A stretch of 11,606 bases of DNA from Pseudomonadota bacterium (lineage in GTDB: Bacteria > Bdellovibrionota > FAC87 > UBA2466): NCBI GenBank assembly GCA_043767805.1, contig JAYUGC010000117.1:1-11606 (forward strand), given 5' to 3'. Made by a program: the position numbers and the translations under genes. The notes under the pieces were generated by a model that was not told the origin of the DNA, made no database searches, and was given only the letters and a program-made list of their open reading frames with translations. This document shows, in pieces, positions 1 to 7,353 of this stretch (position 1 is the stretch's first letter; the number at the start of each line of letters is the position of its first letter).

Positions 1-2
1 GT

Positions 3-284
3 CTTAGTTTCAACCGCGGGCTTTGGGACTCCGAAGGCCAGCTCTGGGACACGGGCGAATGCTCACGCAGCCGGTTTCTCGATATCTTGGACGCGCGGGG
101 CTTTAGCGGCCGTGAAATCCTCAGGTACTTGAAGTGGGCCGATAGCCCCTATCTCACCCAATCTTTTCCTCTTCCTTTCATGACGGCGGCCGTCTTGAGC
201 TGTCTCACTTCTTCCGAGTACCAACGCTACTTGGACCTCAATCAGATCCGCTCCGGCAGCGGAAACTACCGTCAGTTCCACTAA
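3..284 (+). CDS. 3' end of a hypothetical protein, truncated by the window edge
   Basis: The frame of the tracked ORF 87..284 is open back to base 3 (LSFNRGLWDSEGQLWDTGECSRSRFLDILDARGF...RQFH*), so the true start is probably upstream of the window. No recognisable motif. Confidence 0.55.
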   Translation, partial: LSFNRGLWDSEGQLWDTGECSRSRFLDILDARGFSGREILRYLKWADSPYLTQSFPLPFMTAAVLSCLTSSEYQRYLDLNQIRSGSGNYRQFH

Positions 285-396
285 GGTTCGCCCCCGAGAC
301 CCAAGTTTTTCTTTGCCGTTTCGCGAATTATCCGCGATGCTGCTGGGCGCATTACGACCTAACTTTACCGATACATACTTGAATAGGTGCTTGGCT

Positions 397-2862
397 ATGT
401 TTGAGAAAACGCGTCAGATTTTTGCCGGAAAGCTTTGGAGCTTTTGGGTTCCCTTGCTGTTCGTACTCGTGGCCGCTCCGGCTTTGGGTAGCGAAGCGGA
501 CCTTCACCTTCCCGATCTGACGGGGAACTACCAAGTCTTTGGTTTCCCGCTCACCGGCCACGGCATCCTCTGGATCGGAGTCGGCGTTTGCGTCTTGGGC
601 CTTCTCTTCGGCCTCTTCGAGATTGCCTCGGTGAAAGCCCTCCCGGCGCACCAATCGATGCTCGATGTCTCGCACCTCATCTACGAGACCTGCAAAACGT
701 ACATGATTCAGCAGGGCAAGATGCTCCTCGTGTTCGAGGTCTTCATCGGCGCTTGCATGATTTACTACTTCGGCGTCCTTCAGCAAATGGCGGCTACTAA
801 GGTAGCGCTCATCTTGCTTTGGTCGCTCCTCGGTATCGCCGGCTCCTTCGGCGTCGCCTGGTTCGGGATCCGGATCAACAACTACGCGAATAGCCGCACC
901 GCCTTTGCTTCGCTTAAAGCCAAGCCCTGGGCAATTTTGAGCATCCCCCTCCGCTCGGGCATGTCCATCGGCGTGCTGCTCATCTCGGTCGAGCTCATCA
1001 TGATGATGCTCATCCTCCTTTTGGTCTCTCCCCAGAACGCGGGCGCTTGCTTCGTCGGCTTCGCCATCGGTGAGTCCCTCGGCGCTTCCGTGCTTCGCAT
1101 CTGCGGCGGTATTTTCACCAAGATCGCCGACATCGGCTCCGATCTCATGAAGATCGTATTCGACATCAAAGAAGACGACGCTCGTAACCCGGGCGTGATC
1201 GCGGACTGCGCGGGCGACAACGCCGGTGACTCCGTCGGCCCCACGGCGGACGGTTTCGAGACCTACGGCGTAACGGGTGTCGCGCTCATCAGCTTCATCG
1301 TCCTCGCGGTCGGCATGCAGAACGGCCCGAACGGCGCCCTCACGGCGTTTCCGGGCGGCCAGGCCATCCAGGCGAAGCTGATCCTCTGGATCTTCTTGAT
1401 GCGCATCTTGATGATCGTAGCCTCCATCGTTTCTTACTGGGTCAACGACTTCGCGTCGAAAGCGGCCAACAAGAACGCGGACTCCATGGATTTCGAGAAG
1501 CCTTTGACCCACCTTGTGTGGATCACGTCTTTGGTCTCGATCCTCCTGACGTTCTTGGTCAGCCATACCTTCCTGCTCGATTTGGGCGGCACGGTTTGGT
1601 TCCGCTTGGCCACGATCATCAGCTGCGGCACGGTCGCGGCGGCGGTCATCCCGGAGCTCACGAAATTCTTCACGTCCTCCAAATCGGCGCACGTGTCTGA
1701 AATCGTCACGGCGAGCCGCGAAGGCGGCGCTTCGCTGACGATTCTCTCCGGTCTCGTTGCCGGTAACTTCAGCGTGTTCTGGAAGGGCATGTCGATTGTG
1801 GGCTTGATGCTCGTCGCGTACCTCACTTCCAATGCCGAGCTCTCGCAGCTCATGGTGTACCCGGCGGTCTTCGCTTTTGGCCTCGTGGCCTTCGGCATGC
1901 TCAGCATGGGCCCGGTCACCATCGCGGTCGATAGCTACGGCCCCGTGACGGACAACGCCCAGTCGGTGTTCGAGCTGTCGCAGATCGAAATCCTTCCGAA
2001 CATCTCGAAGGAAATCGAAGCGAAGTTCGGCTTCAAGCCCAACTTCGAGCGCGGCAAGCACCTTCTCGAAGAGAACGATTCCGCGGGCAATACCTTTAAA
2101 GCGACGGCTAAGCCGGTGCTCATCGGTACGGCGGTAATCGGAGCGACCACAATGATCTTCTCGATCATCTTGATGCTCCATCTGAAATTGGATCTGCTCG
2201 ATCCTCGTGTACTCCTCGGTATCATCACCGGTGGTGCGGTGGTGTACTGGTTCACCGGCGCTTCGATGCAGGCCGTGACCACGGGCGCTTACCGCGCGGT
2301 GGACTACATCAAGAAGAACATCAAGCTCGAAGGCACGACGAAGGCCTCGGTGGAATCTTCCAACGAAGTCGTCAAGATTTGCACCCAGTTCGCGCAAGCG
2401 GGCATGGTCAACATCTTCGCGGTTATCTTCTCATTCACCCTCGCATTTGCTTGCTTCGATCCCACGTTCTTCGCGAGCTACCTCATCTCCATCGCGGCGG
2501 TGGGTCTGTTCCAAGCGCTCTTCATGGCGAATGCCGGCGGAGCCTGGGATAACGCGAAGAAGGTCGTTGAAGTCGATCTCAAGCAGAAGAAGGGCCCGCT
2601 CCACGCGGCTTGCGTGGTCGGCGATACCGTCGGCGATCCTTTCAAGGACACCTGCTCGGTGGCGTTGAATCCGATCATCAAGTTCACGACTCTCTTCGGT
2701 CTTTTGGCCGTGGAAATCGCCGTCGCGGCGGAGCGCAATGTGGCGCTCAGCATCGGCATCGTGTTCTTCGTGATTGGTCTCGTGTTCGTCTGGCGCTCGT
2801 TCTACCGGATGCGCATCAGCCGCGAGAGCTACGCCGTTCATCACGTACCTGCTTCGGCCTAA
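397..2862 (+). CDS. hppA: Membrane-bound ion-translocating pyrophosphatase (HppA / V-type H+-PPase family), divergent clade, Lys-type (K+-independent) signature
   Basis: Many hydrophobic TM segments. Family motifs GGIFTKIADIGSDLMK, EDDARNPGVIADCAGDNAGD, DSYGPVTDNAQ, GNTFKATAK, NAGGAWDNAKK and GDTVGDPFKDT. Start moved from TTG313 to ATG397 (AGGTG at 385-389 upstream), which gives a signal-peptide-like N-terminus (..VLVAAPALG-SEADLHLPDL). Confidence 0.96.
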   Translation: MFEKTRQIFAGKLWSFWVPLLFVLVAAPALGSEADLHLPDLTGNYQVFGFPLTGHGILWIGVGVCVLGLLFGLFEIASVKALPAHQSMLDVSHLIYETCKTYMIQQGKMLLVFEVFIGACMIYYFGVLQQMAATKVALILLWSLLGIAGSFGVAWFGIRINNYANSRTAFASLKAKPWAILSIPLRSGMSIGVLLISVELIMMMLILLLVSPQNAGACFVGFAIGESLGASVLRICGGIFTKIADIGSDLMKIVFDIKEDDARNPGVIADCAGDNAGDSVGPTADGFETYGVTGVALISFIVLAVGMQNGPNGALTAFPGGQAIQAKLILWIFLMRILMIVASIVSYWVNDFASKAANKNADSMDFEKPLTHLVWITSLVSILLTFLVSHTFLLDLGGTVWFRLATIISCGTVAAAVIPELTKFFTSSKSAHVSEIVTASREGGASLTILSGLVAGNFSVFWKGMSIVGLMLVAYLTSNAELSQLMVYPAVFAFGLVAFGMLSMGPVTIAVDSYGPVTDNAQSVFELSQIEILPNISKEIEAKFGFKPNFERGKHLLEENDSAGNTFKATAKPVLIGTAVIGATTMIFSIILMLHLKLDLLDPRVLLGIITGGAVVYWFTGASMQAVTTGAYRAVDYIKKNIKLEGTTKASVESSNEVVKICTQFAQAGMVNIFAVIFSFTLAFACFDPTFFASYLISIAAVGLFQALFMANAGGAWDNAKKVVEVDLKQKKGPLHAACVVGDTVGDPFKDTCSVALNPIIKFTTLFGLLAVEIAVAAERNVALSIGIVFFVIGLVFVWRSFYRMRISRESYAVHHVPASA

Positions 2863-2883
2863 TCGGCTGAGGGCACTTTATTC

Positions 2884-3282
2884 ATGCGGCTTTCCGATCG
2901 GATGATTCAGGTCGGCCTACTGGTTTCTCTGGGTTTGCTAGGGATAGGGCTGGGCATCTTGTGGCTGGTACGCCAGCCCTGCCCGAATCCCAAGCGTCCC
3001 AGAGGCGTGCCGCCGAGCGCGGCCTGGGTGGGAAATTGTGACGGGGGCAGCTGGGTCGAGATCGATGCGGCGAGCGCTGGCCGCTACCAAGTCGCCATCT
3101 ATCACTCTAGTTTCGGAGACAAAGTGAAGGAGGGCTGGTTCGAGCTCTCTTCCGATTGCACTTCGAAAGATCTGACGCCGGGACAGCTCCTGGAGAGACT
3201 CAGTTCCTACGACGGCGAGAAGCTCATGGTGGTGGGGCAAATCGTCGGCGATAAGTGCCGGCTCGTCCCCGCCCCGCAATAA
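2884..3282 (+). CDS. Hypothetical single-pass membrane protein with an extracytoplasmic domain containing 4 Cys
   Basis: ATG lies 21 nt after the hppA stop. N-terminal TM helix (VGLLVSLGLLGIGLGILWLV), then PKRPRGVPPSAAWVGNCDGGSWV and a beta-rich-looking soluble domain. Host-like codon usage. Confidence 0.75.
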   Translation: MRLSDRMIQVGLLVSLGLLGIGLGILWLVRQPCPNPKRPRGVPPSAAWVGNCDGGSWVEIDAASAGRYQVAIYHSSFGDKVKEGWFELSSDCTSKDLTPGQLLERLSSYDGEKLMVVGQIVGDKCRLVPAPQ

Positions 3283-3508
3283 TTTTCTTGAAAGGGCCCA
3301 GGTACCTTTTAAGACACTCTCGTATTTCGTAGGCAGTGCCTTCGGCGCATTCCGCCGGTATTCACCTAGGTTTGGTTTTTCGGGCCGGAGAAACGACTTT
3401 TATCCCCATCACTTCGCGATTTTGCGCGCACTTTCTGCATACTCTCCCTCGTGGCCTCTCGCTTGCACCAACAGTCGGCACTGTAAGTGTTTGGACTGGG
3501 GGCTCGGG

Positions 3509-5956
3509 GTGAACTTTTTCCGCCGTATTATCATTGCGCTGCTTTTTCTGGAGCTGTTTGCCGTCTTCTCTCCGGAGGCGTTTGCCGAACCGCCTCAAGA
3601 GTCGAAAACGGCTCAGGATCTCATAGAAGGAAAGCTCCGCACTCCACAGGACCGGGAAGCAGCTCTGCCTCCCGTAGTGGAAATCAATAAGCCCAAGGCG
3701 AGTATCGACGACGCGTTCGGAAAGCAGTACGTCAGTAACAAGGTTACGACGAGCTTTCCAGGCCGCATCATTTCGGGGAGCGACATTACTAATTTCGAAC
3801 TCGACGAAATGACCAAGATTCTCAAAGGGCAAAAAGGCGCGCTCTTTGAGTTCGATTCCAAGATTCCATCCTCACAGCGGTTTCTCATCAATGAACGCTA
3901 TCACCCGGGGGATCTGCGCTTGCCGCCTGTTTTCCAATTGGCGATGGATAAAAAGATCGGTTTGATCGGCCAGATTTCCCATCTCGACGACGCCTTGTAC
4001 GTGAAAGATTTCCAGGGGAATAAGAGACTTCAGCAGCTCAATGATAAGACCGTAAAGCCCGCGAAAAATGCCAACGGGCAAGTGATCACCGAGCTGAAAA
4101 AAATGGGCTTTGGCTACGCGACCGATGGCGTGCTTCCTGACCACTTTATCGCGGGGCCTCCCATTCTGGATAAGAAGGGCGACGAGAGAAACGATCTCTA
4201 CCATCAGAAGGGTTGGCTCGTGGGCGAGCGGGATGAAAAGGGCAACGTCATCCGCGCCTTCACTTTCCCCGGAACGGCCAATGAAGTGCCGCACGGAAAG
4301 AATTCGAGTAAAAAAAGTGATTCCGTCAGCACGCGCTACAACCGGGCTTTTACGGTGCTCGATCCCGATTTGGCGATCTACCACGCTCAAACGGCCATTC
4401 GAAACGCCGAGCAGTTCGCGAGTGCCACGAACATCAAGAAACTCGAGAACGACCACCGGCTGCGCGTGAATTTCAAGGATGGGTTTGTCGAAGAGGGATT
4501 CACTCACGGCGCGAATAACATGAACGCCCGCTGGACCGCCATTTTGCTTCACGCCGTTCACGTTAGAGGAAGCGACGGAAAGATGCGGCCGCTCACTCAA
4601 GCCGAGGTCGACGCGGGCTTCGATGTGGATGTGAGTAGCGCGTTCAAAGACTACAAAAAATATTCCGGCTGGACACCCACCGAGTATTGGGCGAGCGATT
4701 TCGTCGAGACTCATACGCCGAGCATGCTTAAAGCGGAAAAAATGCTCTACGAGCAGTACCCGCACCTGCAGGGAGGTAGCGGAGGCGATAACAAGAAAAT
4801 CGGAAATAGTTTCAAGCTCGTCGACGCCAAATTTGCGACGGACCCGACCGGATGGGGACTCATCACCCCTCAGAACGGCGTCAGCTTACAGCGCGAAATG
4901 GGCGGTACCGTATTTCCTTGGCCCGAGAGAATCCATCCCGACACTTATGTTTACATCCGCGGGACGGGAGAGAAGGAAACCGATCAAGAAGGCCCTCCGG
5001 TCGCGCGGTATCTCCAGCACGATAAGACGGGTGGTACGGCGGGAACTTTGAACGGGAAACCAATCGCGTTCATGAGAAATGGCAGCTTCAATTACAGCAA
5101 CGCCGAAGGAAATGCGGAGGAACAAAAAATCTTCGGCGGTCTCGATCCGGAAAGCTGGATCTACAAAGGCACGCGCGAGTCCGTACAAAGTATCATCAAG
5201 AATGAAACGAAGTACGCCATTCCGTTCAAGGAAGCGATGCGCATGGCGGACGTGGCCCGCATGACGGGACGCGGTCTGTTGGAAGTGGATCGGAAATTGG
5301 CCGGTGAAATCTCGGAGCACCTCGATTTCGGCGAGTTTGAACAGGCAAAAGCAAAACTGCTGAAGCTTGCGAAGAAGCCGACGGACCTGGACGAAAAGGT
5401 TCCGTTCAAGGAGCTCGAAAAAAGAATCGAAAACATGGTCAAGTACATGACCTGGCACTTCGAAAACTATAATCACCTTTACGGGAAAAAGGACGGAGAC
5501 AAGGTCACTCACGAGCCTGGGTATCCGCTCATTCGGTTCGCTAACGTCACCGTCCTTTTATCGAAGAAGGACCTCACTCCCGCGAACGCGGCTTTCGAGC
5601 TCCGTGGCTTGGTGTTGTTCCCGAACGGCGACGATGCCGAAATCGAAAAACGGGCCGCCGAGGCCTGGAAGCTCTTGGGTTTCGCCGGAGAAATCCCGCC
5701 GAAGTTTCATAAGGACGGCGACGGGCCTGCGCCCGGGTCCAAAGTAGCCGAGCCCGTGGTCAACGAGGAAGAGCCTAGGGGGAAAGCTCCCAAGAAGACG
5801 ACGCGATCCACTGCGGCCAGGGCGGCGACGACCCGTACGGCCATTGGCGCCACGTCTCAGGAAAGGGCCGCAGCCAGAGCCAATGCCAAGGCGGCCGATT
5901 GCGCCAAAGGCAACGGTAAGCTCGCGCCCAAGGGCCGGCGTACGGCTAAAAAGTAA
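3509..5956 (+). CDS. Secreted ~815-aa protein, putative phospholipase D/nuclease superfamily member with two HxK...G(S/T)xN half-sites
   Basis: Long clean ORF. GTG3509 gives a classical Sec signal peptide (MNFFRRIIIALLFLELFAVFSPEAFA|EPP). Motif 1 is YHQK (H at 4202) ... GTAN (4271-4282); motif 2 is QHDK (H at 5018) ... GSFNYSNAEGNAEE (from 5081). The tail is low-complexity and Lys/Arg/Ala-rich. The CDS is near-certain; the family call is a motif-level inference. Confidence 0.7.
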   Translation: MNFFRRIIIALLFLELFAVFSPEAFAEPPQESKTAQDLIEGKLRTPQDREAALPPVVEINKPKASIDDAFGKQYVSNKVTTSFPGRIISGSDITNFELDEMTKILKGQKGALFEFDSKIPSSQRFLINERYHPGDLRLPPVFQLAMDKKIGLIGQISHLDDALYVKDFQGNKRLQQLNDKTVKPAKNANGQVITELKKMGFGYATDGVLPDHFIAGPPILDKKGDERNDLYHQKGWLVGERDEKGNVIRAFTFPGTANEVPHGKNSSKKSDSVSTRYNRAFTVLDPDLAIYHAQTAIRNAEQFASATNIKKLENDHRLRVNFKDGFVEEGFTHGANNMNARWTAILLHAVHVRGSDGKMRPLTQAEVDAGFDVDVSSAFKDYKKYSGWTPTEYWASDFVETHTPSMLKAEKMLYEQYPHLQGGSGGDNKKIGNSFKLVDAKFATDPTGWGLITPQNGVSLQREMGGTVFPWPERIHPDTYVYIRGTGEKETDQEGPPVARYLQHDKTGGTAGTLNGKPIAFMRNGSFNYSNAEGNAEEQKIFGGLDPESWIYKGTRESVQSIIKNETKYAIPFKEAMRMADVARMTGRGLLEVDRKLAGEISEHLDFGEFEQAKAKLLKLAKKPTDLDEKVPFKELEKRIENMVKYMTWHFENYNHLYGKKDGDKVTHEPGYPLIRFANVTVLLSKKDLTPANAAFELRGLVLFPNGDDAEIEKRAAEAWKLLGFAGEIPPKFHKDGDGPAPGSKVAEPVVNEEEPRGKAPKKTTRSTAARAATTRTAIGATSQERAAARANAKAADCAKGNGKLAPKGRRTAKK

Positions 5957-5969
5957 AAGGGATAAAAAG

Positions 5970-6016
5970 AAAGGCGCCACCCGGATTCGAACCGGGGATG
6001 AAGGTTTTGCAGACCT
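5970..6016 (-). repeat. att site: 47-bp duplicate of the tRNA-Cys 3' half (displaced tRNA fragment, distal islet end)
   Basis: aaaggcgccacccggattcgaaccggggatgaaggttttgcagacct is identical to 8473-8519. Identity stops on both sides (g5969 vs t8472; t6017 vs c8520). Confidence 0.96.
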
Positions 6017-6410
6017 TATTGCTACCACTCGCTAAGTAGCACAGATGACTGGGATTCTGCAAAGAGCCCGTGACGTGGCCCAGGTCGCCGAGTCGACGGA
6101 GGCGTCAAGATTGTTATACGGATTGGGTGGGAGGCTCAGCCCGGGCCTAGAGGGGTTAGGCGCTGGGGAGTGTCCGATCCACGTTTTGGCTCCAGCGCCG
6201 ACAAGCTTGCAGTCACTAATCTCGGGCTCCAATGCCATTTTACATCCCTGGCTAAAAGAACTGCTATCGATGATTACAGAGACCTTGCCTCGGAAAAGGA
6301 GCCGACTCAAGACGGAAGAAAAACATAGCAAGTGGAAATGCTGGCAGGAGCACTTGAAGCCCCCATTCACTTTGCCGGAGGACCTACCAACTGCTCTTTC
6401 TCCCCCTATT

Positions 6411-6435
6411 GCGAGCCGGGCCGAAGGCCGCTCGC
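6411..6435. repeat. GC-rich REP-like hairpin GCGAGC-cg-GGCC-gaa-GGCC-GCTCGC
   Basis: Inverted repeat seen directly (10 bp paired with a 2-nt bulge), just upstream of the putative cargo promoter. No U-tract, so function is unclear. Confidence 0.4.
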
Positions 6436-6442
6436 GGCCCAC

Positions 6443-6471
6443 TAGTCATTTTACTTCCCTGTCCTCATAAT
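6443..6471 (+). promoter_or_regulatory. Putative sigma70 promoter of the islet cargo operon (leaderless)
   Basis: TAGTCA (6443-6448), 17-nt spacer, CATAAT (6466-6471). GTG6478 begins 7 nt after the -10 box, and no Shine-Dalgarno sequence is visible. Confidence 0.45.
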
Positions 6472-6477
6472 AGATCA

Positions 6478-7353
6478 GTGTCTGTTCCGGCGCGTCAATA
6501 TTTGGTAGTCTTCATAGCTCTGTCTTCTTCTGTTTTCGCGGATACCTGCGACGATTGGTTTAAGAACGCAAAGATTGCCCACGGGGTCGGCTGCTTGGAA
6601 AGGTGCGCAGCGCTCCCCGTCGGGATGGATACCTTCGATTGTCCCAACAAGTGCAAGGAGGTCTGTGGAGAAAAGCCTCAGAAATGTAAAACAGGGGAGC
6701 ATGAGGTACAGGCTCACCGCGAGCGAGGGTTCTATCACGGCAACGACAAATACCAAAAGCCCCAGGAAATAAAAGCACACTGTGAAAAAAATTCTTCCGA
6801 CTACAAAACATGGCGAGAACGTCTAAAAATAGGTCGTCCTGTTTTTTGGATGTTTCCCAAGGAGAAAACTGCGGAATGGACACCTGAAGAGTTAGAAAGG
6901 GTTCTGATAGCCGTCCAGGAGACCCCTGATTTGTTGAAGAGAGAAGATATTGATGGCATCTACCGAATGCATCAAGCGACAGATCCAGCGAATCCCGCCT
7001 CTCGTCGTGGCGTGGACGTCGTACTTTACGATGAAGCGTTTTCTGAAGATCAAAACCTGACCCACGTCCTAGATCACGAGCTAGCTCATCGGCTATACGG
7101 TTCTTTATCCGATGACGAACGCTCCGATTTTGCGAAAGCGGGAGAATGGAAAGAAGAAAGTGGGAGGATGGTTCCGAAGAGAAATGAAAAGGGGTTTGTT
7201 CGGATGAACGGGATGCTCAGTCCGGAAGAAGATTTCGCCGACGATGTAACGATCCATTCACAACAGCCTAAAAAACTGAAAAAGACGGCTCCTAAAGTCT
7301 ATCAATGGATGGAAAAGAATATTGGGCCGAAAATGAAGAGGGGTGCCAAGTGA
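6478..7353 (+). CDS. Secreted Cys-rich protein with a C-terminal HExxH zincin (gluzincin-like) metallopeptidase domain
   Basis: GTG6478 gives a signal peptide (MSVPARQYLVVFIALSSSVFA|DTC). The N-terminal module is C-x14-C-x3-C-x11-C-x3-C-x3-C, followed by two more Cys. VLDHELAH (H at 7075, H at 7087) and downstream SPEEDFADD (7225-7242) supply a candidate third Zn ligand, followed by a helix ending P..Y.WM. Confidence 0.8.
   Translation: MSVPARQYLVVFIALSSSVFADTCDDWFKNAKIAHGVGCLERCAALPVGMDTFDCPNKCKEVCGEKPQKCKTGEHEVQAHRERGFYHGNDKYQKPQEIKAHCEKNSSDYKTWRERLKIGRPVFWMFPKEKTAEWTPEELERVLIAVQETPDLLKREDIDGIYRMHQATDPANPASRRGVDVVLYDEAFSEDQNLTHVLDHELAHRLYGSLSDDERSDFAKAGEWKEESGRMVPKRNEKGFVRMNGMLSPEEDFADDVTIHSQQPKKLKKTAPKVYQWMEKNIGPKMKRGAK

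Noticed and set aside
352..2397. 681-aa antisense ORF, plus other antisense ORFs over hppA
   Set aside because: Shadow ORFs opposite a high-GC gene with strong codon bias. R/D/H/E-rich composition with no motifs, fully overlapping a confident gene.
3471..3484. ACAGT-cggc-ACTGT palindrome upstream of the PLD-like gene as a LexA box or operator
   Set aside because: Orientation and spacing differ from CTGT-N8-ACAG, and a single 5-bp inverted repeat is expected by chance.
5972..6042. Second functional tRNA-Cys gene
   Set aside because: The 5' acceptor strand (GGCGCCA) is missing and the D stem is broken. It is the att duplicate, not a canonical tRNA.
6032..6442. Minus-strand ORF containing WIGHS, resembling the integrase LGHS box
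   Set aside because: No upstream HxxR and no downstream T-x-x-Y at the proper spacing, and no RBS. The match is probably chance.
6045..6470. 141-aa plus-strand ORF inside the islet
   Set aside because: No RBS or recognisable domain, and it runs through the hairpin and putative cargo promoter. It cannot be supported, though it is not excluded.
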